From the human T2T-CHM13v2.0 reference genome, Homo sapiens: a stretch of 64,000 nt of DNA. The position numbers were made by a program, and so were the translations under genes. This document shows, one piece after another, positions 1 through 21,710 of this stretch. Positions within the stretch are counted from its first letter, which is position 1, and every line of letters begins with the position of its first letter. A model generated the notes under the pieces. It ran no database searches. It was not told where the DNA came from and saw nothing but the letters and a program-made list of their open reading frames with translations. The DNA is taken from NCBI RefSeq assembly GCF_009914755.1, contig NC_060948.1, one strand, 5' to 3'.

Positions 1-510
1 GTATAAACTGAGGAATAAAACATAACCATGAAACCTACTTATAACTGCATATGGAAAATACAGAGGATAATTTTTTAAATAACATATTTTGAAAGCCTTA
101 ACTAGTAATTTGAAGAGTTGGCATTTGAAAGGCCAGTATGAATAAACCTTCAAAGCAGCAACACAGGTTCCCCATGAGAAAAAGCAAACACAGGGAAAAT
201 AAAAACACAAAGGTTCAATCTCTTCTGACCTTTGAAAGACACAACACAGACAATGGTCCTTAGGACGAAGAGCAGGAGACCCCTAATTCCGTCACCATGG
301 CGATAGGGCATAAACATTGCTGGGTGAGGGCACAATCCACATTGTGAGGTCCAACTGCTGCCAGGAAGACAGGAGTGCTTTTACATAGACCGAAAGGTCA
401 TTGAAGGCTCAGAGTTTTGTTTCAAGAACTGAATCCCAAGCCCACACGTTATTAGGCTGCGCTTCTTAAAACAAGTTATGAGATGGGAAAAAGGGCACCC
501 ACAAACATAC
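1..510. repeat. HSATI-type segment of the first monomer (truncated by the window start)
   Basis: Moderate-GC sequence ending at ...cacccacaaacatacg, where the AT-rich block begins abruptly; repeated in every copy. Confidence 0.8.
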
Positions 511-2354
<1,844 letters not shown>

Positions 2355-2927
2355 AGATCCATATTTTTTAAATGAAAAAAAATTTCAAAGGTACTCTGCT
2401 TGGTACAATAATCAAATGTATAAACTGAGGAATAAAACATAACCATGAAACCTACTTATAACTGCATATGGAAAATACAGAGGATAATTTTTTAAATAAC
2501 ATATTTTGAAAGCCTTAACTAGTAATTTGAAGAGCTGGCATTTGAAAGGCCAGTATGAATATACCTTCAAAGCAGCAACACAGGTTCCCCATGAGAAAAA
2601 GCAAACACAGGGAAAATAAAACCACAAAGGTTCAATCTCTACTGACCTTTGAAAGACACAGCACAGACAGTGGTCCTTAGGACGAAGAGCAGGAGACCCC
2701 TAATTCCGTCACCATGGCGATAGGGCATAAACATTGCTGGGTGAGGGCACAATCCACATTGTGAGGTCCAACTGCTGCCAGGAAGACAGGAGTGCTTTTA
2801 CATAGACCGAAAGGTCATTGAAGGCTCAGAGTTTTGTTTCAAGAACTGAATCCCAAGCCCACACGTTATTAGGCTGCGCTTCTTAAAACAAGTTATGAGA
2901 TGGGAAAAAGGGCACCCACAAACATAC
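2355..2927. repeat. Complete HSATI-type segment (~570 bp) between the Alu 5' end and the next AT-rich block; representative copy
   Basis: Runs from agatccatattttttaaatg to cacaaacatacg. Position and length fit the HSATI component of DYZ2; naming is from knowledge of the monomer, not from an alignment. Confidence 0.8.
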
Positions 2928-4459
2928 GTATACATTATGTATATAATAATATACAGTATCATATATATAATATATATAACCTATGTATAATATTGTTTTA
3001 CATCCTGCATCTTATGTTATATATATTGTATAAAATATAATAATTGATAATATATAAGTTTTATAATTATACAATATGACATATAGTATATATTATAATT
3101 TATGACATATATAATATATGTTATATGTCATATATAGAATATATTATACGGTTAATATACGTATTAAATATAAATTATACATTATATATATTATATATAA
3201 TACATCTGTTATATATAATACCCATTATGCATAATATATATATTATGTCTATGTTATATATAGTATAAAACAACATATAATAATATATAATTGTATATAT
3301 AAAATGCGACATATAATATATATTATATTTTATAACATATGTAATATATATTATATATTATATATAATACGTTGTATGTATAATACCTATATTAAATATA
3401 TATTATATGACTATGTTATTAATTACATGTCACATGTGTTATATATTATATATTTTACATAGAATATACCGGTTACATACAATATATACTATGTTACCTA
3501 TAATGTATAATTTATTACATGTAAAATAAAGAATGCAATGTATTATGTATAATTTATAATATACCATATGTGGAATGTGATATATATAACATATAATATA
3601 TGATATATGATATACAGTATATGATATATAACATGCAATATATGATTCCTAATATATATGGTATACAATATATATTTTATGATATGTATTCTATATGTTT
3701 TATATTCTGTTATATATAACTATTTGAAATTATATATAACTGTATAATATTTTATGTAAATATGTAATATAATATATATAACTATATAATATATTATATA
3801 TAACTATATATTATGTTATATATACTTTTATAACATAATTTACATAAAATATCATAATATAATATATATTATATTATTTCATATTACATAATATATATTA
3901 CATATCACCCAATATAACTAACATACATAATATTATAATATAGATTATATTATGTTATATTAAATATCATATATATGATGTATCATATATTCTATAATAT
4001 ATATTACACATTATATAATATGTATGTTGTCTATTATGTGATATATATAACTATATATATAATTATATTTTTATACATATAACTAGATAAACATGTAATT
4101 CTACATATTTTCATTTATAATATGTAGAATTATAAAATCATATATAATTATTTATATTCTATAAAAAATTTTATCATTATATAAATTATAATATATAAAA
4201 ATTATAATACGTACTACAAATATATATATTACATATCATATATGATATAGTACCTTTGTTATATTTCATAATACATATAAATGTGTATTATGTTATCTAT
4301 AATTATATAATTTCATATATAAGATGTATAATGTGTATCATATATTATATATGTTATGTAATATATATAGTATATATAAGATGACACAGGATAAATATTA
4401 TATACTATGACATATAAAATATATGAGGTTATATGTTACATATAAGGCATAGCACATAA

Positions 4460-4774
<315 letters not shown>

Positions 4775-6877
4775 AGATCCATATTTTTTAAATGAAAAAA
4801 AATTTCAAAGGTACTCTGCTTGGTACAATAATCAAATGTATAAACTGAGGAATAAAACATAACCATGAAACCTACTTATAACTGCATATGGAAAATACAG
4901 AGGATAATTTTTTAAATAACATATTTTGAAAGCCTTAACTAGTAATTTGAAGAGTTGGCATTTGAAAGGCCAGTATGAATATACCTTCAAAGCAGCAACA
5001 CAGGTTCCCCATGAGAAAAAGCAAACACAGGGAAAATAAAAACACAAAGGTTCAATCTCTTCTGACCTTTGAAAGACACAGCACAGACAGTGGTCCTTAG
5101 GACGAAGAGCAGGAGACCCCTAATTCCGTCACCATGGCGATAGGGCATAAACATTGCTGGGTGAGGGCACAATCCACATTGTGAGGTCCAACTGCTGCCA
5201 GGAAGACAGGAGTGCTTTTACATAGACCGAAAGGTCATTGAAGGCTCAGAGTTTTGTTTCAAGAACTGAATCCCAAGCCCACACGTTATTAGGCTGCGCT
5301 TCTTAAAACAAGTTATGAGATGGGAAAAAGGGCACCCACAAACATACGTATACATTATGTATATAATAATATACAGTATCATATATATAATATATATAAC
5401 CTATGTATAATATTGTTTTACATCCTGCATCTTATGTTATATATATTGTATAAAATATAATAGTTGATAATATATAAGTTTTATAATTATACAATATGAC
5501 ATATAGTATATATTATAATTTATGACATATATAATATATGTTATATGTCATATATAGAATATATTATACGGTTAATATACGTATTAAATATAAATTATAC
5601 ATTATATATATTATATATAATATATCTGTTATATATAATACCCATTATGCATAATATATATATTATGTCTATGTTATATATAGTATAAAACAACATATAA
5701 TAATATATAATTGTATATATAAAATGCGACATATAATATATATTATATTTTATAACATATGTAATATATATTATATATTATATATAATACGTTGTATGTA
5801 TAATACCTATATTAAATATATATTATATGACTATGTTATTAATTACATGTCACATGTGTTATATATTATATATTTTACATAGAATATACCGGTTACATAC
5901 AATATATACTATGTTACCTATAATGTATAATTTATTACATGTAAAATAAAGAATGCAATATATTATGTAAAATTTATAATATACCATATGTGAAATGTGA
6001 TATATATAACATATAATATATGATATATGATATACAGTATATGATATATAACATACAATATATGATTCCTAATATATATTGTATACAATATATATTTTAT
6101 GATATGTATTCTATATGTTTTATATTCTGTTATATATAACTATTTGAAATTATATATAACTGTATAATATTTTATGTAAATATGTAATATAATATATATA
6201 ACTATATAATATATTATATATAACTATATATTATGTTATACATACTTTTATAACATAATTTACATAAAATATCATAATATAATATATATTATATTATTTC
6301 ATATTACATAATATATATTACATATCACCCAATATAACTAACATACATAATATTATAATATAGATTATATTATGTTATATTAAATATCATATATATCATG
6401 TATCATATATTCTATAATATATATTACACATTATATAATATGTATGTTGTCTATTATGTGATATATATAACTATATATAATTATATTTTTATACATATAA
6501 CTAGATAAACATGTAATTCTACATATTTTCGTTTATAATATGTAGAATTATATAATCATATATAATTATTTATATTCTATAAAAAATTTTATCATTATAT
6601 AAATTATAATATATAAAAATTATAATATGTACTACAAATATATATATTATATATCATATATGCTATAGTACCTTTGTTATATATCATAATACATATAAAT
6701 GTGTATTATGTTATCTATAATTATATAATTTCATATATAAGTTGTATAATATGTATCATATATTATATATGTTATGTAATATATATAGTATATATAAGAT
6801 GACACAGGATAAATATTATATACTATGAGATATAAAATATATGAGGTTATATGTTACATATAAGGCATAGCACATAA

Positions 6878-7192
<315 letters not shown>

Positions 7193-9297
7193 AGATCCAT
7201 ATTTTTTAAATGAAAAAAAATTTCAAAGGTACTCTGCTTGGTACAATAATCAAATGTATAAACTGAGGAATAAAACATAACCATGAAACCTACTTATAAC
7301 TGCATATGGAAAATACAGAGGATAATTTTTTAAATAACATATTTTGAAAGCCTTAACTAGTAATTTGAAGAGCTGGCATTTGAAAGGCCAGTATGAATAT
7401 ACCTTCAAAGCAGCAACACAGGTTCCCCATGAGAAAAAGCAAACACAGGGAAAATAAAAACACAAAGGTTCAATCTCTTCTGACCTTTGAAAGACACAGC
7501 ACAGACAGTGGTCCTTAGGACGAAGAGCAGGAGACCCCTAATTCCGTCACCATGGCGATAGGGCATAAACATTGCTGGGTGAGGGCACAATCCACATTGT
7601 GAGGTCCAACTGCTGCCAGGAAGACAGGAGTGCTTTTACATAGACCGAAAGGTCATTGAAGGCTCAGAGTTTTGTTTCAAGAACTGAATCCCAAGCCCAC
7701 ACGTTATTAGGCTGCGCTTCTTTAAACAAGTTATGAGATGGGAAAAAGGGCACCCACAAACATACGTATACATTATGTATATAATAATATACAGTATCAT
7801 ATATATAATATATATAACCTATGTATAATATTGTTTTACATCCTGCATCTTATGTTATATATATTGTATAAAATATAATAGTTGATAATATATAAGTTTT
7901 ATAATTATACAATATGACATATAGTATATATTATAATTTATGACATATATAATATATGTTATATGTCATATATAGAATATATTATACGGTTAATATACGT
8001 ATTAAATATAAATTATACATTATATATATTATATATAATATATCTGTTATATATAATACCCATTATGCATAATATATATATTATATCTATGTTATATATA
8101 GTATAAAACAACATATAATAATATATAATTGTATATATAAAATGCGACATATAATATATATTATATTTTATAACATATGTAATATATATTATATATTATA
8201 TATAATACGTTGTAAGTATAATACCTATATTAAATATATATTATATGACTATGTTATTAATTACATGTCACATGTGTTATATATTATATATTTTACATAG
8301 AATATACCGGTTACATACAATATATACTATGTTACCTATAATGTATAATTTATTACATGTAAAATAAAGAATGCAATATATTATGTATAATTTATAATAT
8401 ACCATATGTGGAATGTGATATATATAACATATAATATATGATATATGATATACAGTATATGATATATAACATACAATATATGATTCCTAATATATATGGT
8501 ATACAATATATATTTTATGATATGTATTCTATATGTTTTATATTCTGTTATATATAACTATTTGAAATTATATATAACTGTATAATATTTTATGTAAATA
8601 TGTAATATAATATATATAACTATATAATATATTATATATAACTATATATTATGTTATATATACTTTTATAACCTAATTTACATAAAATATCATAATATAA
8701 TATATATTATATTATTTCATATTACATAATATATATTACATATCACCCAATATAACTAACATACATAATATTATAATATAGATTATATTGTGTTATATTA
8801 AATATCATATATATCATGTATCATATATTCTATAATATATATTACACATTATATAATATGTATGTTGTCTATTATGTGATATATATAACTATATATATAT
8901 TTATATTTTTATACATATAACTAGATAAATATGTAATTCTACATATTTTCATTTATAATATGTAGAATTATATAATCATATATAATTATTTATATTCTAT
9001 AAAAAATTTTATCATTATATAAATTATAATATATAAAAATTATAATAGGTACTACAAATATATATATTATATATCATATATGATATAGTACCTTTGTTAT
9101 ATATCATAATACATATACATGTGTATTATGTTATCTATAATTATATAATTTCATATATAAGATGTATAATATGTATCATATATTATATAAGTTATGTAAT
9201 ATATATAGTATATATAAGATGACACAGGATAAATATTATATACTATGACATATAAAATATATGAGGTTATATGTTACATATAAGGCATAGCACATAA

Positions 9298-9612
<315 letters not shown>

Positions 9613-11717
9613 AGATCCATATTTTTTAAATGAAAAAAAATTTCAAAGGTACTCTGCTTGGTACAATAATCAAATGTATAAACTGAGGAATAAAACATAA
9701 CCATGAAACCTACTTATAACTGCATATGGAAAATACAGAGGATAATTTTTTAAATAACATATTTTGAAAGCCTTAACTAGTAATTTGAAGAGTTGGCATT
9801 TGAAAGGCCAGTATGAATATACCTTCAAAGCAGCAACACAGGTTCCCCATGAGAAAAAGCAAACACAGGGAAAACAAAAACACAAAGGTTCAATCTCTTC
9901 TGACCTTTGAAAGACACAGCACAGACAGTGGTCCTTAGGACGAAGAGCAGGAGACCCCTAATTCCGTCACCATGGCGATAGGGCATAAACATTGCTGGGT
10001 GAGGGCACAATCCACATTGTGAGGTCCAACTGCTGCCAGGAAGACAGGAGTGCTTTTACATAGACCGAAAGGTCATTGAAGGCTCAGAGTTTTGTTTCAA
10101 GAACTGAATCCCAAGCCCACACGTTATTAGGCTGCGCTTCTTAAAACAAGTTATGAGATGGGAAAAAGGGCACCCACAAACATACGTATACATTATGTAT
10201 ATAATAATATACAGTATCATATATATAATATATATAACCTATGTATAATACTGTTTTACATCCTGCATCTTATGTTATATATATTGTATAAAATATAATA
10301 ATTGATAATATATAAGTTTTATAATTATACAATATGACATATAGTATATATTATAATTTATGACATATATAATATATGTTATATGTCATATATAGAATAT
10401 ATTATACGGTTAATATACGTATTAAATATAAATTATACATTATATATATTATATACAATATATCTGTTATATATAATACCCATTATGCATAATATATATA
10501 TTATGTCTATGTTATATATAGTATAAAACAACATATAATAATATATAATTGTATATATAAAATGCGACATATAATATATATTATATTTTATAACATATGT
10601 AATATATATTATATATTATATATAATACGTTGTATGTATAATACCTATATTAAATATATATTATATGACTATGTTATTAATTACATGTCACATGTGTTAT
10701 ATATTATATATTTTACATAGAATATACCGGTTACGTACAATATATACTATGTTACCTATAATGTATAATTTATTACATGTAAAATAAAGAATGCAATATA
10801 TTATGTATAATTTATAATATACCATATGTGGAATGTGATATATATAACATATAATATATGATATATGATATACAGTATATGATATATAACATACAATATA
10901 TGATTCCTAATATATACGGTATACAATATATATTTTATGATATGTATTCTATATGTTTTATATTCTGTTATATATAACTATTTGAAATTATATATAACTG
11001 TATAATATTTTATGTAAATATGTAATATAATATATATAACTATATAATATATTATATATAACTATATATTATGTTATATATACTTTTATAACATAATTTA
11101 CATAAAATATCATAATATAATATATATTATATTATTTCATATTACATAATATATATTACATATCACCCAATATAACTAACATACATAATATTATAATATA
11201 GATTATATTCTGTTATATTAAATATCATATATATCATGTATCATATATTCTATAATATATATTACACATTATATAATATGTATGTTGTCTATTATGTGAT
11301 ATATATAACTATATATATAATTATATTTTTATACATATAACTAGATAAACATGTAATTCTACATATTTTCATTTATAATATGTAGAAATATATAATCATA
11401 TATAATTATTTATATTCTATAAAAAATTTTATCATTATATAAATTATAATATATAAAAATTATAATATGTACTACAAATATATATATTATATATCATATA
11501 TGATATAGTACCTTTGTTATATATCATAATACATATACATGTGTATTATGTTATCTATAATTATATAATTTCATATATAAGATGTATAATATGTATCATA
11601 TATTATATAAGTTATGTAATATATATAGTATATATAAGATGACACAGGATAAATATTATATACTATGACATATAAAATATATGAGGTTATATGTTACATA
11701 TAAGGCATAGCACATAA

Positions 11718-12032
<315 letters not shown>

Positions 12033-14137
12033 AGATCCATATTTTTTAAATGAAAAAAAATTTCAAAGGTACTCTGCTTGGTATAATGATCAAATGTATA
12101 AACTGAGGAATAAAACATAACCATGAAACCTACTTATAACTGCATATGGAAAATACAGAGGATAATTTTTTAAATAACATATTTTGAAAGCCTTAACTAG
12201 TAATTTGAAGAGCTGGCATTTGAAAGGCCAGTATGAATATACCTTCAAAGCAGCAACACAGGTTCCCCATGAGAAAAAGCAAACACAGGGAAAATAAAAC
12301 CACAAAGGTTCAATCTCTTCTGACCTTTGAAAGACACAGCACAGACAGTGGTCCTTAGGACGAAGAGCAGGAGACCCCTAATTCCGTCACCATGGCGATA
12401 GGGCATAAACATTGCTGGGTGAGGGCACAATCCACATTGTGAGGTCCAACTGCTGCCAGGAAGACAGGAGTGCTTTTACATAGACCGACAGGTCATTGAA
12501 GGCTCAGAGTTTTGTTTCAAGAACTGAATCCCAAGCCCACACGTTATTAGGCTGCGCTTCTTAAAACAAGTTATGAGATGGGAAAAAGGGCACCCACAAA
12601 CATACGTATACATTATGTATATAATAATATACAGTATCATATATATAATATATATAACCTATGTATAATAGTGTTTTACATCCTGCATCTTATGTTATAT
12701 ATATTGTATAAAATATAATAATTGATAATATATAAGTTTTATATTTATACAATATGACATATAGTATATATTATAATTTATGACATATATAATATATGTT
12801 ATATGTCATATATAGAATATATTATACGGTTAATATACGTATTAAATATAAATTATACATTATATATATTATATATAATATATCTGTTATATATAATACC
12901 CATTATGCATAATATATATATTATGTCTATGTTATATATAGTATAAAACAACATATAATAATATATAATTGTATATATAAAATGCGACATATAATATATA
13001 TTATATTTTATCACATATGTAATATATATTATATATTATATATAATACGTTGTATGTATAATACCTATATTAAATATATGTTATATGACTATGTTATTAA
13101 TTAAATGTCACATGTGTTATATATTATATATTTTACATAGAATATACCGGTTACATACAATATATACTATGTTACCTATAATGTATAATTTATTACATGT
13201 AAAATAAAGAATGCAATATATTATGTATAATTTATAATATACCATATGTGGAATGTGATATATATAACATATAATATATGATATATGATATACAGTATAT
13301 GATATATAACATACAATATATGATTCCTAATATATATGGTATACAATATATATTTTATGATATGTATTCTATATGTTTTATATTCTGTTATATATAACTA
13401 TTTGAAATTATATAAAACTGTATAATATTTTATGTAAATATGTAATATAATATATATAACTATATAATATATTATATATAACTATATATTATGTTATATA
13501 TACTTTTATAACATAATTTACAAAAAATATCATAATATAATATATATTATATTATTTCATATTACATAATATATATTACATATCACCCAATATAACTAAC
13601 ATACATAATATTATAATATAGATTATATTGTGTTATATTAAATATCATATATATCATGTATCATATATTCTATAATATATATTACACATTATATAATATG
13701 TATGTTGTCTATTATGTGATATATATAACTATATATATAATTATATTTTTATACATATAACTAGATAAACATGTAATTCTACATATTTTCATTTATAATA
13801 TGTAGAATTATATAATCATATATAATTATTTATATTCTATAAAAAATTTTATCATTATATAAATTATAATATATAAAAATTATAATATGTACTACAAATA
13901 TATATATTATATATCATATATGATATAGTACCTTTGTTATATTTCATAATACATATAAATGTGTATTATGTTATCTATAATTATATAATTTCATATATAA
14001 GATGTATAATATGTATCATATATTATATATGTTATGTAATATATATAGTATATATAAGATGACACAGGATAAATATTATATACTATGACATATAAAATAT
14101 ATGAGGTTATATGTTACATATAAGGCATAGCACATAA

Positions 14138-14452
<315 letters not shown>

Positions 14453-16557
14453 AGATCCATATTTTTTAAATGAAAAAAAATTTCAAAGGTACTCTGCTTG
14501 GTACAATAATCAAATGTATAAACTGAGGAATAAAACATAACCATGAAACCTACTTATAACTGCATATGGAAAATACAGAGGATAATTTTTTAAATAACAT
14601 ATTTTGAAAGCCTTAACTAGTAATTTGAAGAGTTGGCATTTGAAAGGCCAGTATGAATATACCTTCAAAGCAGCAACACAGGTTCCCCATGAGAAAAAGC
14701 AAACACAGGGAAAACAAAAACACAAAGGTTCAATCTCTTCTGACCTTTGAAAGACACAGCACAGACAGTGGTCCTTAGGACGAAGAGCAGGAGACCCCTA
14801 ATTCCGTCACCATGGCGATAGGGCATAAACATTGCTGGGTGAGGGCACAATCCACATTGTGAGGTCCAACTGCTGCCAGGAAGACAGGAGTGCTTTTACA
14901 TAGACCGAAAGGTCATTGAAGGCTCAGAGTTTTGTTTCAAGAACTGAATCCCAAGCCCACACGTTATTAGGCTGCGCTTCTTAAAACAAGTTATGAGATG
15001 GGAAAAAGGGCACCCACAAACATACGTATACATTATGTATATAATAATATACAGTATCATATATATAATATATATAACCTATGTATAATACTGTTTTACA
15101 TCCTGCATCTTATGTTATATATATTGTATAAAATATAATAATTGATAATATATAAGTTTTATAATTATACAATATGACATATAGTATATATTATAATTTA
15201 TGACATATATAATATATGTTATATGTCATATATAGAATATATTATACGGTTAATATACGTATTAAATATAAATTATACATTATATATATTATATACAATA
15301 TATCTGTTATATATAATACCCATTATGCATAATATATATATTATGTCTATGTTATATATAGTATAAAACAACATATAATAATATATAATTGTATATATAA
15401 AATGCGACATATAATATATATTATATTTTATAACATATGTAATATATATTATATATTATATATAATACGTTGTATGTATAATACCTATATTAAATATATA
15501 TTATATGACTATGTTATTAATTACATGTCACATGTGTTATATATTATATATTTTACATAGAATATACCGGTTACGTACAATATATACTATGTTACCTATA
15601 ATGTATAATTTATTACATGTAAAATAAAGAATGCAATATATTATGTATAATTTATAATATACCATATGTGGAATGTGATATATATAACATATAATATATG
15701 ATATATGATATACAGTATATGATATATAACATACAATATATGATTCCTAATATATACGGTATACAATATATATTTTATGATATGTATTCTATATGTTTTA
15801 TATTCTGTTATATATAACTATTTGAAATTATATATAACTGTATAATATTTTATGTAAATATGTAATATAATATATATAACTATATAATATATTATATATA
15901 ACTATATATTATGTTATATATACTTTTATAACATAATTTACATAAAATATCATAATATAATATATATTATATTATTTCATATTACATAATATATATTACA
16001 TATCACCCAATATAACTAACATACATAATATTATAATATAGATTATATTCTGTTATATTAAATATCATATATATCATGTATCATATATTCTATAATATAT
16101 ATTACACATTATATAATATGTATGTTGTCTATTATGTGATATATATAACTATATATATAATTATATTTTTATACATATAACTAGATAAACATGTAATTCT
16201 ACATATTTTCATTTATAATATGTAGAAATATATAATCATATATAATTATTTATATTCTATAAAAAATTTTATCATTATATAAATTATAATATATAAAAAT
16301 TATAATATGTACTACAAATATATATATTATATATCATATATGATATAGTACCTTTGTTATATATCATAATACATATACATGTGTATTATGTTATCTATAA
16401 TTATATAATTTCATATATAAGATGTATAATATGTATCATATATTATATAAGTTATGTAATATATATAGTATATATAAGATGACACAGGATAAATATTATA
16501 TACTATGACATATAAAATATATGAGGTTATATGTTACATATAAGGCATAGCACATAA

Positions 16558-16872
<315 letters not shown>

Positions 16873-18977
16873 AGATCCATATTTTTTAAATGAAAAAAAA
16901 TTTCAAAGGTACTCTGCTTGGTATAATGATCAAATGTATAAACTGAGGAATAAAACATAACCATGAAACCTACTTATAACTGCATATGGAAAATACAGAG
17001 GATAATTTTTTAAATAACATATTTTGAAAGCCTTAACTAGTAATTTGAAGAGCTGGCATTTGAAAGGCCAGTATGAATATACCTTCAAAGCAGCAACACA
17101 GGTTCCCCATGAGAAAAAGCAAACACAGGGAAAATAAAACCACAAAGGTTCAATCTCTTCTGACCTTTGAAAGACACAGCACAGACAGTGGTCCTTAGGA
17201 CGAAGAGCAGGAGACCCCTAATTCCGTCACCATGGCGATAGGGCATAAACATTGCTGGGTGAGGGCACAATCCACATTGTGAGGTCCAACTGCTGCCAGG
17301 AAGACAGGAGTGCTTTTACATAGACCGACAGGTCATTGAAGGCTCAGAGTTTTGTTTCAAGAACTGAATCCCAAGCCCACACGTTATTAGGCTGCGCTTC
17401 TTAAAACAAGTTATGAGATGGGAAAAAGGGCACCCACAAACATACGTATACATTATGTATATAATAATATACAGTATCATATATATAATATATATAACCT
17501 ATGTATAATAGTGTTTTACATCCTGCATCTTATGTTATATATATTGTATAAAATATAATAATTGATAATATATAAGTTTTATATTTATACAATATGACAT
17601 ATAGTATATATTATAATTTATGACATATATAATATATGTTATATGTCATATATAGAATATATTATACGGTTAATATACGTATTAAATATAAATTATACAT
17701 TATATATATTATATATAATATATCTGTTATATATAATACCCATTATGCATAATATATATATTATGTCTATGTTATATATAGTATAAAACAACATATAATA
17801 ATATATAATTGTATATATAAAATGCGACATATAATATATATTATATTTTATCACATATGTAATATATATTATATATTATATATAATACGTTGTATGTATA
17901 ATACCTATATTAAATATATGTTATATGACTATGTTATTAATTAAATGTCACATGTGTTATATATTATATATTTTACATAGAATATACCGGTTACATACAA
18001 TATATACTATGTTACCTATAATGTATAATTTATTACATGTAAAATAAAGAATGCAATATATTATGTATAATTTATAATATACCATATGTGGAATGTGATA
18101 TATATAACATATAATATATGATATATGATATACAGTATATGATATATAACATACAATATATGATTCCTAATATATATGGTATACAATATATATTTTATGA
18201 TATGTATTCTATATGTTTTATATTCTGTTATATATAACTATTTGAAATTATATAAAACTGTATAATATTTTATGTAAATATGTAATATAATATATATAAC
18301 TATATAATATATTATATATAACTATATATTATGTTATATATACTTTTATAACATAATTTACAAAAAATATCATAATATAATATATATTATATTATTTCAT
18401 ATTACATAATATATATTACATATCACCCAATATAACTAACATACATAATATTATAATATAGATTATATTGTGTTATATTAAATATCATATATATCATGTA
18501 TCATATATTCTATAATATATATTACACATTATATAATATGTATGTTGTCTATTATGTGATATATATAACTATATATATAATTATATTTTTATACATATAA
18601 CTAGATAAACATGTAATTCTACATATTTTCATTTATAATATGTAGAATTATATAATCATATATAATTATTTATATTCTATAAAAAATTTTATCATTATAT
18701 AAATTATAATATATAAAAATTATAATATGTACTACAAATATATATATTATATATCATATATGATATAGTACCTTTGTTATATTTCATAATACATATAAAT
18801 GTGTATTATGTTATCTATAATTATATAATTTCATATATAAGATGTATAATATGTATCATATATTATATATGTTATGTAATATATATAGTATATATAAGAT
18901 GACACAGGATAAATATTATATACTATGACATATAAAATATATGAGGTTATATGTTACATATAAGGCATAGCACATAA

Positions 18978-19292
<315 letters not shown>

Positions 19293-21395
19293 AGATCCGT
19301 ATTTTTTAAATGAAAAAAAATTTCAAAGGTACTCTGCTTGGTACAATAATCAAATGTATAAACTGAGGAATAAAACATAACCATGAAACCTACTTATAAC
19401 TGCATATGGAAAATACAGAGGATAATTTTTTAAATAACATATTTTGAAAGCCTTAACTAGTAATTTGAAGAGTTGGCATTTGAAAGGCCAGTATGAATAT
19501 ACCTTCAAAGCAGCAACACAGGTTCCCCATGAGAAAAAGCAAACACAGGGAAAATAAAAACACAAAGGTTCAATCTCTTCTGACCTTTGAAAGACACAGC
19601 ACAGACAGTGGTCCTTAGGACGAAGAGCAGGAGACCCCTAATTCCGTCACCATGGCGATAGGGCATAAACATTGCTGGGTGAGGGCACAATCCACATTGT
19701 GAGGTCCAACTGCTGCCAGGAAGACAGGAGTGCTTTTACATAGACCGAAAGGTCATTGAAGGCTCAGAGTTTTGTTTCAAGAACTGAATCCCAAGCCCAC
19801 ACGTTATTAGGCTGCGCTTCTTAAAACAAGTTATGAGATGGGAAAAAGGGCACCCACAAACATACGTATACATTATGTATATAATAATATACAGTATCAT
19901 ATATATAATATATATAACCTATGTATAATATTGTTTTACATCCTGCATCTTATGTTATATATATTGTATAAAATATAATAGTTGATAATATATAAGTTTT
20001 ATAATTATACAATATGACATATAGTATATATTATAATTTATGACATATATAATATATGTTATATGTCATATATAGAATATATTATACGGTTAATATACGT
20101 ATTAAATATAAATTATACATTATATATATTATATATAATATATCTGTTATATATAATACCCATTATGCATAATATATATATTATGTCTATGTTATATATA
20201 GTATAAAACAACATATAATAATATATAATTGTATATATAAAATGCGACATATAATATATATTATATTTTATAACATATGTAATATATATTATATATTATA
20301 TATAATACGTTGTATGTATAATACCTATATTAAATATATATTATATGACTATGTTATTAATTACATGTCACATGTGTTATATATTATATATTTTACATAG
20401 AATATACCGGTTACATACAATATATACTATGTTACCTATAATGTATAATTTATTACATGTAAAATAAAGAATGCAATATATTATGTAAAATTTATAATAT
20501 ACCATATGTGAAATGTGATATATATAACATATAATATATGATATATGATATACAGTATATGATATATAACATACAATATGTGATTCCTAATATATATGGT
20601 ATACAATATATATTTTATGATATGTATTCTATATGTTTTATATTCTGTTATATATAACTATTTGAAATTATATATAACTGTATAATATTTTATGTAAATA
20701 TGTAATATAATATATATAACTATATAATATATTATATATAACTATATATTATGTTATATATACTTTTATAACATAATTTACATAAAATATCATAATATAA
20801 TATATATTATATTATTTCATATTACATAATATATATTACATATCACCCAATATAACTAACATACATAATATTATAATATAGATTATATTATGTTATATTA
20901 AATATCATATATATCATGTATCATATATTCTATAATATATATTACACATTATATAATATGTATGTTGTCTATTATGTGATATATATAACTATATATAATT
21001 ATATTTTTATACATATAACTAGATAAACATGTAATTCTACATATTTTCGTTTATAATATGTAGAATTATATAATCATATATAATTATTTATATTCTATAA
21101 AAAATTTTATCATTATATAAATTATAATATATAAAAATTATAATATGTACTACAAATATATATATTATATATCATATATGCTATAGTACCTTTGTTATAT
21201 ATCATAATACATATAAATGTGTATTATGTTATCTATAATTATATAATTTCATATATAAGTTGTATAATATGTATCATATATTATATATGTTATGTAATAT
21301 ATATAGTATATATAAGATGACACAGGATAAATATTATATACTATGAGATATAAAATATATGAGGTTATATGTTACATATAAGGCATAGCACATAA

Positions 21396-21710
<315 letters not shown>

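Noticed and set aside
331-346. Small hairpin cacaat-ccac-attgtg, and the tgaccttt/aaaggtca inverted pair (nuclear-receptor half-sites) at ~226 and ~393
   Set aside because: Stems of 6-8 bp are expected by chance; no supporting context.
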